Part shown: in pieces, positions 24,601 through 37,518 of the stretch
Numbering within the stretch: the first letter of the stretch is position 1
Layout: each line of letters starts with the position of its first letter
Assembly: GCA_010909165.1 (NCBI GenBank)
Contig: MU008173.1
Coordinates: 62,001-126,000, forward strand
Length of the DNA stretch: 64,000 bases
Direction: 5' to 3'
From: Anthoceros angustus
Lineage: Eukaryota; Plantae; Anthocerotophyta
Program-made: the position numbers and the translations under genes
The notes under the pieces: model-generated
The model's database searches: none
What the model saw: only the letters and a program-made list of their open reading frames with translations
What the model was told of the DNA's origin: nothing

Positions 24601-26800
24601 CCTCTCCGCCTCCTCCATATCACGGGCCGGCATGCCGGCGCCGACGCCTCCCCTCTTCCATGTAGCGGGACTCCTCCCATGGTGCTTGGATGGCGGCGAC
24701 CTTGGAAGGAATCGTCGCTGCGGCTCCCTCCATCACCCCGGCATGCGGGCGCGGCGCCTCCTCCTCGTCCGTCATGTTGCCCAGTGGTCGGGCCATGGAA
24801 GACCACCCAGTGCATTTTCCCCATCATCCTCTTCAAATGCCTCCACGTCTGAATGACCAAGCAACTCAGGAATAGGCCCATCCTCCTCATCAGAAGGACC
24901 GAACTCTACCTCATCGTCTTCTTCATCCAGTGCAAAGTTTGGAAGTCCCTGTCTTGTCCTCCTCAATGACATCTCTCGGCGATGACGTATAATCGAGCTC
25001 GTAATCACCTCACACATGCTTGCACCTGTAAAATGTTCTCTCACTCTGTCCATCACAAGCAACAAGCACACTGTTAGACTGCAACACTACATCCAAGGAT
25101 GATGGAGAATGCACTGTAAGCAAGATGTATACTCACATTCTCAGCTCTGAACGCTTCTCGAAAAGTGTTGGACAACTCCTTCGGTTCACATTTCTTCCTG
25201 TGTAGACAGGCCACTTTCAACAAATACACAGTATAGTCGGGTGCAAGCATGCTTTGGTGCCACACTTTTGTGCCATATGGCAAAGTACATTTGGCTATCT
25301 TGTGCTAGAGTATGAATGGTGTGAATATGAATTTTGAACCATTTACTTTTATATATTTTATCATACTTCTTACCTTATAGTATATATATTTTATTATTAT
25401 TATTAGTATGCTCTACTTTAACTTTCTACTTTTTACTTTAACCATAAAACTTAACTTTAGGTAAGTCTAAATCACTCACTTTACCGTTGACAAGCTGTGC
25501 CCACCACCTTCCTCATCATGCATGCTTTTCCGCTTCTCATGGCCCCAGCGCCTTTCCCCAGCCAGCCCAGGTTTCGTGGCGCGGCATCGCCTCCTCCTCG
25601 CCGCGTCGGCGCCGGCATCGCGCCCTCCTCCATCACCCCGGCATGCGGGCGGCATGCGGCGCCCCCCTCCTCTACCTTGCGAGGCGGCATGCCGGCGCCT
25701 CCCTCTCTCAGGGGCGCGGCATGCAGCGCCCCCTCCTCTCAACTGGGGCGGCATGCGGCGCCTCTTCCCGCCTCTCCGTATGCGGCGCGGCATGCAGTGC
25801 CCCTCCTCCCTCTCATATCACAGGCGCCGGCATGCGGCGCCGCGCCTCCCCTCTTCCATGTCTGAGGGACTCCTCCCATGGTGCTTGGATGGCGACGTCC
25901 TTGCGAGGATTAGGCTGCGGCTCCCTCCATCACCGGCATGCGGGCGCGGCATGCGGCGCCTCCTCGTCCGTCATGCGCCTTGATCGGGCCGCCATGGAAG
26001 ACCACAGGTCCCGCATTTTCCCCATCATCCTCTTCAAATGCCTCCACGTCTGAATGACCAAGCAACTCAGGAATAGGCCCATCCTCCTCATCGGAAGGAC
26101 GAACTCTACCTCATCGTCTTCTTCATCCGATTGCAAAGTTTGGAAGTCTGTCTTGTCCTCCTCAATGACATCTCTCGTGATAGATAATGGAGCTCGTAAT
26201 CACCTCACACATGCTTGCACAGCAAATGTTCTCTCACTACATCCATCACAAGCAACACCTTTGTTAGGCGCAACACTACATCCAAGGATGATGGAGAATG
26301 CCGTAAGCAAGATGTATACTCACATTCTATTCTGACGCTTCTCGAAAGTGTTGGACAACTCCTTGGTTCATTTCTTCCTGTGTAGGCAGGCCACTTTCAA
26401 CAAATACACGATGGTCGGTGCAAGCATGCTTTGGTGCCACTTTTGTGCCATATGGCAAAATACATTTAGCTATCTTGTGCTAGAGTATGAATGGTGTGAA
26501 TATGAATTTTGAACCATTTACTTTTATATATTTTATCATACTTCTTACCTTATAGTATATATATTTTATTATTATTATTAGTATGATCTACTTTAACTTT
26601 CTACTTTTTACTTTAACCATAAAACTTAACTTTAGGTAAGTCTAAATCAGCTCACTTTACCCGTTGACAACTGTGCCCACGTTTGGACATTGATGCGTCC
26701 CACCTCTCTCCCTTCCTCCGATCCTCGCTTCTCGCTTCCTCCCCCTCCTCCTCCTCGCTTCGTGTCCGCTTGAGCTGCCTGCTGCTTCTTGCCATGGCTC
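21660..26800 (-). pseudogene. Multi-exon cargo gene(s) of unknown function, frameshifted; C-terminal part weakly resembles amino-methyltransferase motifs
   Basis: Chain of minus-strand ORFs (26652-26852, 25074-25283, 24772-25071, 23855-24076, 23722-23955, 23259-23684, 22964-23173, 21662-22116) with an AT-rich intron-like block at 25300-25480. Confidence 0.45.
24284..26680. repeat. ~1.2-kb tandem duplication with TGCCCAC microhomology
   Basis: 24284-25497 matches 25498-26673; TGCCCAC occurs at 24284, 25498 and 26674. Confidence 0.9.
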
Positions 26801-27556
26801 CTAGGGAGCACTCATCGTTTAAGGAAGCTCGCAATTTGAAGCGGCAGGCCAAGGCTGTGCAAGATCGGGCTGCATCGATCTTGAGATACTCCTACCTTCA
26901 GGGCCAAGGTATGGAATTGGCACGATGGTGATGGGAAGCTCCGCGAGAAAGGCTTGGGCGTTGAAGCGACAAGTTTTGATGGGTTTGAAGGAGAGATTGG
27001 GAGGGCGGACGTGTTGTCGATGCCTTTGGCAAGGTGCAAGCGAGAACATAGGCTTTGTATGGCAAGGCACACTCTCATTTCGGGAGTGGAGGCACGTAGA
27101 TGATCTATTATACCACATCTATGGGAAACGCGTAGCGGTGCAACTCACGGTGGTGCCAGTCCATGGCCTTGGGACTTTTGGTAGAGAAGAAGCTGCAAAT
27201 GTGTGAGCTGGGCAGCCTTCCTTTTGAAGACTGAGGCGAAGAAGGAGGCGAAGGAGGCAAAGGAGGCGAAGGGGAAGAACACTGGGATGGATGAGAAAGA
27301 GGTGGAAGTTGAAGAAATGGCGTCGGAGGAGGACAAGGAGGCAGTTGCCGGCTCTCTCCATAGGGCCGCCGGCTCGCCTGTGAGGTCACAGAGCCGGGGG
27401 CGACCGTTCGCTCCCTCCGCTGTCTCACCTCCTAAGGCTTCTAAAGCCTCTTCTATTCCGGTGATCACGAGGTGGAGCAGGAGTCGGAGTGGAGGCCGCA
27501 TTTGGTGGCCGGCGGGCTACGATTCCAATGAGCAGCCAAGCTGCGGAAGACTTTAG
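26800..27556 (+). other. Possible cargo ORF(s) of unknown function with EAK repeats
   Basis: ORFs 26683-26931, 26925-27206 and 27203-27556 are co-oriented and adjacent. Confidence 0.3.
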
Positions 27557-29749
27557 AGACATCGTCGGCAAAGGTTCGTCTTCTCGGGCTGCGTGAGGTG
27601 TTGCCACTTTACAACATGGGCGGTATCGGGACTCGACATGGGTGGACGGTTGTCGATGTTGGGGCACTGTGGTGGTGCTAACCTAGTGGTGGATGCAGGA
27701 TCTTTGGATATATTGGCTGAAGGATGGGGTGCTAGTGATTTCCTGATGTATGGGTCTTTGGTGGTATGGGTTGCTTGTAATGTTGCTTGTAATGTGGGTG
27801 CTGGTGCACGCTTCTTTTCTTTTGCTCTCCGCTAGAGGCCACTTGTGTTCATGCGGTGTGATTTCGTGCGCTTGGGGCCGTGGCTCTGATTTTGTTCCTC
27901 TTATGCCGCCCATCTTGGACAGTGCTTTCCTATTTTGAGGCTGATGCCCACCTTCTTATTCTAGTGTTCTAATCCGTCGTGGCTGTAAGGGCTTGGTGAT
28001 GCGCGCTTCTTTTTGCGCGCTGCTCTCCCGCTGAAGGCCGGCATGGTTTCCAGAACTGTGTGATTTTGTGCACTTGGCTGGGGCCGGGGCCCGTTGTTTT
28101 CGTTGCTCTTGTGCCGCCCATCTTCGACAGGGCTCACCTCTTTCCAGGCTGATGTCCTGCTGTTTATTCTAGCGTTCTAGATGTTGTTATCTGTACGTGT
28201 TGGTGGTGCGGTGGTAATCTTCGCCGGTGGATGTTGGATTTAAGCTAATTCGTCGTGATCGGTGCTAACCTAGTGGTGGATGCGGAGGTTGAATAGATTT
28301 GCTGCGCATCGGTCTTGATTTCCTGGCGATGTATGGGTCTTGGTGATATGGGTTGGCTGCGATGTTCTTTGGTAACTTTGGATCTTTGTGCTAGCTCTTC
28401 AGGCGTTCGGCGTTCTGATCGTCGGATCTGTAAGGGCTTGGTGCATCGTATGCCCATGTGGCTACCGAATTTAAGCATAGGTGGTGGGCTGAAGGGGTGC
28501 TAGTTGTCTAACGTTGCTTGGATCGATTTCCTGTTCGAGGCTCTTATCCCACTTCATCTCGCAGTGCATAAATCGGTGGGGTGTTAGTGGTTGGTGCAAG
28601 TGGTGCAACTCTGCTCATCTTTGTATGATGGTGCTAAGGTCTCGGTCAGCTGGTTGTCTGGATCTTTGTTATGGTGTACTCTGCCATCTGTTCTTCTAGA
28701 AGGTTCTTTGGGAGGTAGGCGGTGAAGGGTTCGGTCCTTAAGAGTTTTGGTATGTCAGCTCTACATATGTTGTGAAACGGATGCTATTGGTTTTTGGTTT
28801 TCAATAGATGGGATCTTGCGGATGCCTCCGGAAGCCGTTTTCATCTTGCTCCAAGTTTCCATCCTTGGTTTTTGCCACGGGCGTGGTAAGCGGTCCGTCG
28901 AGTTAGTTCTCCTTGGTGACCCGGGCATTGAAGGGTGCACAGTCACGCTTGTTGTCCAGCCCCTCTAGGTCGGTTTGGTACCCTTGTATTAGAGGACCAT
29001 TAGTCATATCGCCCCTTTTGTGTGTTCATATGCGCACTTGTGTGTTTTGTGTTCAATGTTTCTTCATGAGTCTCACTTGTGGCGGTTGCCCCATCGTCCA
29101 TGTGTGAAAATATATCCACAGTGGCGGAGTTGTGCTACTTGCACACCTCCCTGTTTTGCTGGTCACTAGGCCATTGACCAATTACAGCGGTGTCGAGGCG
29201 GCTTATTAGCTATTTTGGGCTTTTATGCAAAACAACCCAATTTTTCCTGTAAAAGCAGGCCGGCGAGATACAACAAAATCATGGCCTTACATGCAGGATC
29301 CACGAATCGCCAACTCTGGATCCGATGGAGCGATGGAAGTCAAGAAACTACATTTTATTGTCATGATAAACTTGTACCCTATTTACCTTTGTCAAAATTT
29401 GGAATCCATTTACCGCATCGGGGTGGTGTATGATTGTGACATGTACTCCAGACAGGCGACTTGGACATGTTTGTGGGATATTTAGCACAAATTTCTCGTA
29501 CTTCCCTCTTGTCCTTCCATCATGTTCCAACTCATGTGTGTCGTCCAAGTGCATACGTGCGTTTGAATGGTTGCATTTGGCTTCATCGGTATACATGAAT
29601 GAGAGGCGGCGGTATCCGGCCCACACCTCATGTAAACCGGTCAAGAAAAGGATGTACATGAAGCTAAGGGTCGTCTTCAATAGCCACATGATCGTCGTCT
29701 TCAATAGCCACTGATCGTCGTTGTTCGCCCTTCCATGGTCTTGGTTCGC

Positions 29750-32700
29750 CTCCATTGGCACATCTTCTTGCGGAGGCGGGCGTCATAAGATTCGCTGATG
29801 ATTGAACGTGTTTGGGCCTTCAGCTGTTTAGTTCGAGTTAGTTCAAACCCATAGGCCAAAACAAATGTATCAGCAATGATCAGCATCTGCACATTCTTCT
29901 TTGACCTTCTAGTGCCTTGCCTGCAACGCCTTGTACCGTGCCCTAAAAGCACTTGATACGGCAATATCATCTCTTCCATGTACCTTCCTTCAAAAGCGTC
30001 GTATTACATGTCACCCACGGTGAACTTTCATGAAAGGTGATTCGCTTTTCGAAATCTATGTGAAGGACCTTTGCAATCCGAAAGGACGATTGGTGCATCA
30101 TTTTCGCAAGGGCTGCTATCATATTTCCGCCGCAATCTCCGAAATATCACCATTTAACCTCTCTTGCTCTCTTGAGGAATGTTCGATAGGTTCCTACATA
30201 CATGTCTCGTCTAGGCACTTCATGACAATGGATGAGGAAGGACTTCAACATCCGGAGCGAAGCAGGATCTTTGCGGGATCTCTGCTTCTTCTCGATTATA
30301 CCATCGCCAAGGATTCTTCAATTCTGTCGGACCACAGAATTTATCTTTTCCACAATGCCCTCTTGTTCTTCCAAAGCGATTTCCACCACATCTTGCCGTC
30401 GCCCAAAATGTCTTTTAATTTCTCCTCCAATTTGGCCGGATAGCGATAATGACCTTTCGGATCTCTTCCTTCAGCATGTGCTTTTTTTCCTTACTTCCAA
30501 AGACATCGAGGCGGCAAAATTGGTCATTCGGCACATGCTTCAAGAACTCGAGGCCTTCATTGGTGGACCAGTAATTATCAGTTGAATATTGTTTACCTCG
30601 CATCACCGTAATGAAACCGCGTTCCTCCCTCTCCTCTCGAGTTATTTTGAACTGATGCTGAAAAGAAATGTTGTGCAACTGATGCACAGTGGCTACCCGT
30701 TGGTAGCCAGCCCTGCCATTAGGGATGGGCCAAACATACCTTCTAAAATCAGGGACTTCAGGCACCAATACAATCTGTGGGTTTGGCGTATAAGCACTTT
30801 CCAACACATAGGTGAGTTTGGGCAAGGAAAAGCCTCCTTATGCCTTAGCACAGTCGAAAATCTGGAGAACATTTGGTCTACTGATCATGGGTGTGCCCAA
30901 CAAGGAGGAAGCCTACCTTGATCTTCTCAAAGACTCGCAATGACACCAACATGTTAAGGTAGGCGAATAGCGGGCGTTTTATTTTCACGTCGTGTTACGT
31001 GTCACCCACGGTGAACTTTCATGAAAGGTGATTCGCTTTTCGAAATCTATGTGAAGGACCTTTGCAATCCAGACGATTGGTGCATCATTTTCGCAAGGCG
31101 CTATCATATTTCCGCCGCAATCTCCGAAATATCACCATTTAACCTCTCTTGCTCTCTTAGCGAAATCGTTCCGATAGGTTCCTACATACATGTCTCGTCT
31201 AGGCACTTCTCACAATGGATGAGGAAGGACTTCAACATCCGGAACAGCAGGATCTTTGCGGGATCTACTTCTTCTCGATTATACCATCGCCAAGGATTCT
31301 TCAATTCTGTCACGGACCGAATTTATATTTTCCACAATGCCCTCTTGTTCTTCCAAAGCGATTTCCACCACATCTTATCGCCTAAAATGTCTTTTAATTT
31401 CTCCTCCAATTTGGCCGGATAACGATGACCTTTCGGCATCTCTTCCTTCAGCATGTGCTTTTTGCTACTTCCAAAGACATCGGAGGGGCAGCAAAATTGG
31501 TCATTCGGCACATGCTTCAAGAACTCGAGGCCTTCATTGGTGGACCAGTAATTGTTGAATATTGTTTACCTCGCATCAAGTAATGAAAGCGTTCCTCCCT
31601 CTCCTCTCGAGTTATTTTGAACTGATCTTTGAAAAGAAATGTTGTGCAAGCGATGCACTGGCTACCGTTGGTAGCCACTACCATTAGGGATGGGCCAAAC
31701 ATACCTTCTAAAATCGGGGACTTGAGCACCAATACAATGTGGGTTTGGCGTATAAGCACTTTCCAACACAGGTGAGTTTGGGCAAGGTAAAAGCCTCCTT
31801 ATGCCTTAGCACGAAAATCTGAGAACATTTGGTCTACGATCATGGGTGTGCCAACAAGGAGGAAGCCTACCTTGATCTTCTCAAAGACTATGACACCAAC
31901 ATGTTAAGGTAGGCGAATAGCGAGGCGTTTTATTTTCACGTGCCGTGTTGTCCAGGTTGCAAATATAACACCTTGAGTAAACCCTTGTAGTTCAATATAA
32001 CATGTTGTATGGCGATTATCGGGGTTTGCGTTCACGATATTTCAAACTCGATGAACAATTTTCTTGACATAGTATAGTTGTATACAAGGCGACCAACAAC
32101 ATGGACGTCAAGAAGCGGAGTGTCGCCATATTCTTTGGCGGATGCATGAAATGTGGGGCTGTGTCTTACATTGGTCCATTAGTCTATAGAGTCCGAGATA
32201 CCGTGCGGGGTTTGCATAACACTTGACCCGATGCTTCATGCACTTTTCCCTCTCTGCTTTTAAACGCTCTCTGTGGTTTCGCAAATCGGCTTCATATTCT
32301 TACACGCTCAATGAACCAAGGAACAACGCAACTGTTTAGTATGGCAACAATCTGAGAACATGGCATCGTAGTAGCAAGTGCAAATGAGAATGGCCAAGTC
32401 TTGTTGGTATCTGCGCAGCCTGACCGAGTGCGCGGTATCTGGCGCACCATGACCTTTCCCGGATGCGGTATCATTTTCGTTTTCAAACAACATCGTACCT
32501 TGTTTCAGCGTTCTTTCTCGCTCCGATCTTCCGTTTAAGGTAGTCGCATGTAACTGGCTGCAAAGCGATTATTTTGGGATCCTTACTTTGAAGTGATTAC
32601 GCCTGGCAAAAGTAGGAGTGTGAAATATTGTCTTGGCCAGCCATTGCATTTGTTGCTTGTATTCTTGAAATATTTCTCCTTTGGTATAAGAGTCCAGGAA

Positions 32701-32900
32701 GGTGATCGCTTCAACATTTGGCATCAGCTCTGCGATTAACATGAACAAGCTGGTTCATCCCGTCAACTGCGGTGGAAGCATGTATGCGTCGGTTGCCTCT
32801 CGTCTGGGAGGAGGCGGACCATGGTATATTATCTGCGGCTCTCTCCTTGGGCCGCCGATTTGAACCTATACAAAACACCCTTGTCAGGTTTCGCGGCCTC
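29750..32900 (-). pseudogene. Sola-like (DUF7869-type) DDD transposase #1, frameshifted and partly duplicated
   Basis: Minus-strand motifs read across indels: IAELMPNVE..YTKGEIFQEY, MDQCKT..PHF..VHVVG, LYLQxDNTARENKN..FAYLNMLV, KVGFLLVGHTHD..DQMFS, ISFQHQFKITR. Confidence 0.75.
29997..31950. repeat. ~1-kb tandem duplication within transposase #1
   Basis: 30011-30990 matches 31002-31940; the second copy is indel-rich. Confidence 0.9.
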
Positions 32901-33429
32901 CCTCTCTGGCGCTTGGGTGACTCAGGCCTGAATTCCAGTACGCCCTCTTCGCTAATTGGCGCTAGGGCTTGTGTAGTCGCCTCCGCATATGTGCAACTCG
33001 ATCCATCCAGCAGACCACTACACACGATGCTGTAAGCGAACACTCGCCTGTGTTGTCGAGCCCCAGTGAGGAAGACTCCTCCAGTGGCAGCGTGGCGTCG
33101 TGCTCTCTTCCACTTCTGGTCTTAGCGTCTAAACTTCTTGAGGCCCGGCAGTTCGGTGAGTGATTCAGGAGGAGCACTCTCAGGAATAGCGACACCCTCT
33201 GGCCTTGTTGGCACTTCCGGCCTTTGGCAAAATCGATTGTCAAAATTCGCTCCGCACGAACTTTCCTCTTCTGCAATTTACTCCTGTCATTCCTGCTCTC
33301 GTCCTCTTGTACCCATTTCAACACGCGTTGTGCTGGAGTGTTACGCTCCAACTCCTGTTCAGGTACACAACGTACTTCTCCTTCATTACTCTCGGTAGAT
33401 AGAGCCATGGCTGCATGCAAACTTGTTGA

Positions 33430-33575
33430 ATCACAGTGTTCACACAGCCAATTCCCTTCTGGAATATCCTTTAATGCAGGTGTGAGACAGAAAATATGAT
33501 AGCCTCTGTTGCACTGTCACGAGCATAAGCTCTTCATCCGTGGTGTGCCGCATGCCTCACAGGCAAATCCTGGTG
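33430..33575 (-). other. PHD finger at the C-terminal side of the gypsy integrase
   Basis: FACEACG..DEELMLxxDxCNRGYHIFCLTPALKDIPEGNWLCEHC, a C4HC3 pattern read across small indels. Confidence 0.85.
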
Positions 33576-36389
33576 GTACCCGTTTGAGGAACAATTCTTG
33601 CATCAAGATTTGGCAAGTGACATGGAGCTAAATGTTTCATGTGCTCCTTGCATCTTACGCCATCCGTCCTTGAGTTCCACTACTCCTTGCTCACCCACAT
33701 TTACCACCACGAGAATCAACAACCCGGTCTTGACATCTAATGTGCTTGGCAGTCATGTTGTAGGTACACATAATCTCACAGTGCGAATTTCACGGCCTTG
33801 GGCTTCCATGAGCCCCAGCGTGTGAGCATATCTCAAGCGGTCTCTGTCTTTGTGCAATCGCAAGATTGTCCATAGCCATGGGCGAGAATCCTTGAACATT
33901 TCGCTCTAGCTTGCACTTCGTAAGCACACCTCCATATTCCTACTCCAGTCTACAGGAGTAGAATATTTGTCTTGCACCACATTGGGCAAAGCGCATTCCT
34001 TCAGAACAATGCAGATGAAGCTTCCCAATCTTTGCTGCACACTCACTCTATAACCCAACACAATATAGGAAGTAATTCATCCCGGCACTTGGGTTCCACG
34101 GTGATCACGATTACTTCACGAGGCGTCCTTGAATGTGAACCAACCTTTACGCGGACCATCGGCTTGAGGATGATCCTGGGCGTTCTCCTGATCAATCGGA
34201 CTTACGTCCGACCAGCGGAATTCTCCTCTGAATTCATTGCCTTGATCGGTGAGCACCTCCGCAACTTCCGTCTGCTTAGTACACCGCGCTCTGCTGGTGT
34301 AATATGAGGTTCTTGAGGCGAAATGCTACCTCCACCCACTTGAGAAGTGCTCAATCATCACCATACGATGTGATTTCCTTGCTTTGTCAATGGTAGTTCC
34401 GGCATCAAGTCCACCGACCACGAAAAACAAACCCGGATTGGTAAAGAGTGTAACACAACATCTTGTGTGTTAAACCAGCCTTCATTGCATCACACAGCTG
34501 ACTAGCCACCACTCTTTCCACATCGCATACATGCGGACCGAAATATGTGGTCTTGACATGTGGTGTGTCCTTTTACACCAAAGTGACCTAGTGTTTCATG
34601 CACTTTAATCACAATCCTGTTCTTTCTTGAGGACTTGGCACCTTCTTTACAACCTCTCCTTCTGTGACAACTCTCCATCCGCCATGAGTATCGGCCACTC
34701 GTCCGTAGTGCAGCGGCGGTGCTCTTGACATTAGTGCGATACCTTCTTTGGCGGTACAGCGCTTGTGAATGCCTCGGATGTCACGGCGGTCAAGATCGGC
34801 TCTCCTCCTGTTCACCTTGATCGCCATGAGTGCCATGAAAACTGGGCACATTTTCCATGTGTCCTAGGTCTTGTCGTGCTCGTGGCATCGTCGGCATTTG
34901 ATGGATTCCTACTCAAACCATCGCATTGTGGTGCACCTTGCACCGCTATGCACGATTTCCATGTCATATTCAGCGCAATGCCCACGGCGTTCGCTCAACT
35001 TCATGTTCGTCATGAGCCAATGAAGTGGTTGATGATCCGTCACCAACTGAAACGCCTTCCAAGCAGATAAATTACGAAATGCAACACGCCTGCGGCAAGA
35101 CACTCTCCTTCATATGAGGAGTAGTTTACCTCTGCATTGTTGGATCTGCTTGCATAAGCCACAACTCGCTCCATTCCTTCGTCGATGTGGATCGCTCCTA
35201 TCCTGCAATACTCCAATCCGTATCTGGAACAAGCGGCTTCTCAAAGTCGGTCTAAGATGGGCTTCTCGACCAATTGATCCCTTAGATCTTGCCGCTAGCT
35301 CATTCTTGATCCCATTTCCAAGTTACCTCCTTCTTGACATCTCATACAAGGGTTTGCATGTGGGCGGGTCTTTCATAAACCTCCTGTAGTTCACCAACCC
35401 AAATGCTCTAAGGCTGCCACATCCTTGGGCCTAGGCATCGCATCACTGCACCTTAGCCAAGCTGCGGCATGATTCCTCCGGCACAATTTCATGTCCAAGA
35501 TACTCAATCCGCTTGAATGCAAATTTGCACTTTTGGATGAGCTTTCAAGCGATTTGGACAATCTTTGCAGAGTCTCCGGATGATCCATATGTTCCTCGAT
35601 GGTGTCATGAAAACTAGGATGTCGTCGATGTAACAACGCACAAGCGGCGGATCCTGCGGCTCAAGTCGCAATTCTCGGAAATATATGGAAGCATTTTTCA
35701 GCCGAAGGGCATAGTCTCCCATTCCCAAAGCTGATCCTTTCCCGAGCCGTTTTGCTCTTGTCTTGCTCCTCAATCACAATCGATTGAAACGGCGGAAATC
35801 CAAAGTGGTAAAGTACTTTGCCTTACCAATTGCATCAAAAATCTCATCTGGAGTAGGCATGGGATACCGCTCCATCAACGTTACTTCGTTGAGAGGTCGA
35901 TAGTCCCACACATTCGCCTATCTTTCCACTCGCCATTTTCGTCCTTCTTGATTGGGAAGCGATTGCGTGACATACTCGAGCTTGATTTCGAATCAATCAC
36001 CTTCAAACAGCTCGACAACGCTTGTCCACAATTTCCACTCTGGACTCAACCTATGCCTTCTTGAAGATAGGCTCGAGCTAGTGGTAACAATCTTGAACTT
36101 GATCTTTTCGTACCTTCCTAGCTCATTCCAGCTGAACGCAAAAGCACCTCTGTTTTTCTCGAGCATGTCGATGATCTTTTGTTTGTCCTCTGGACTGACG
36201 TCTTCATCAATCTTCCAGACGTGAACCTCCTTGGTGACACTCTTGGTTACAAACTCTGTTTCCACAGCAGCCATGCCAAACATGTCTTGGGTTCCTTCCC
36301 TTTCATCCGCCTCTGCCGGCTTTCCATCTTCTGCTAGCTGCAAGTGATGGCTCTTTTCCTTCACCTCCTGCCAACTGAAATGCCAATCC

Positions 36390-37300
36390 AGTACTCACTA
36401 ACCACCTTAAGCTGTATAGATCGAATGCTTGTCCCAGCAACTTGTGTTTGGACGCCTCACTCACACCCATGGTCTGCGTACCCTTCTTGGCAAACCCCAT
36501 GGCTTGTTCGCGTTCCTCAACATTGAGCTCTCCTAGCTCCTCTCCCTTTGAGTCCAGGATCATGCCATCTCCTCCTCGCTTGAATCGTGGGATTGTGGTG
36601 TACCAAAGTCGACGCCCTCCGGCTTCACCAACTCATTCCTTTGGATAAAGCGGAAGTTTGTCCATCTTCTTGACTTGCTGCGAGTACCTTTCTGGTTCCA
36701 GGATTTCACTAACGGTCTTCCGTGGTGGAACCATGAGTGTTCTATGTTGTCTCAGTGTCTCAAGTCCTGCAACGTTGGTCCAGTAGCTGCGAATCCTGTG
36801 TGCGTAAGAGCCACACTGCACAGCATCAATGACCAGCTCATTGCCGAACCATGATCGGACCTCCTCATACATCGTTCTGACAGCCGGACGCTTGTCCAAC
36901 GCTCCACACACGTTTTCCAGTATGTACCAGCATCTGGGATTCACAAGTTGAACCTCCCTGACAACCCGCGCGACCTCAGCAGCAAGGGAAACACCTTCGC
37001 CTTTCCCTCTTCCTGCTACTGAGAAGGTCTTACACTCCCATCCTGCGATGATCATATCCATCGGAGACGAGCTTGCCGCTTCTTCCCACAAGCTTCGATC
37101 CGTGGGGCGGCTGCTCGACAACCTCTCATGCGTCTTCTCTTAGATGGAAATAACACACAACACGAGAATTCGATTTGCCACGACTCTAGCCTTCTCGTCC
37201 TTTTCCACACGGTGTAGCGCAAACCTTGATGCCACATTGAAGCACCGCCTCAATCCGCGATTCACGAGCACAATTCAACAAGTGAATTCCTTGAACTTGC
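36390..37300 (-). other. Cytosine-5 DNA methyltransferase domain (DNMT3-like) between protease and RT
   Basis: Motif I-like LVELC..IEAVLQCGIKV, IV AGWECK, VI YILENV, VIII SYAHRIRSYWTN, IX EEREQAMGF, X HKLLGQAFD. Confidence 0.88.
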
Positions 37301-37518
37301 TCTCCATCGCACTACGAATCATTGATTCGCCTTCCCTCCGTCTTGGCGGGCTTCATGTTTGGTATGGATCTCTCGGACATGTGTGGTGAGATTCCACAGG
37401 CGATTCTCCTTTCGTGATTTTCTCGAACCCTTGCCTCCTCAAGGTGCTCGAGCCGCGATCTTGACACTCCCTTTCCTCTGCGGGTTTGATTCTTCGAGAG
37501 GACAATTCCTCTGTCTCC

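Noticed and set aside
24150-26053. Long Arg/Pro/Ala-rich ORFs on both strands
   Set aside because: By-products of stop-poor GC-rich repeats.
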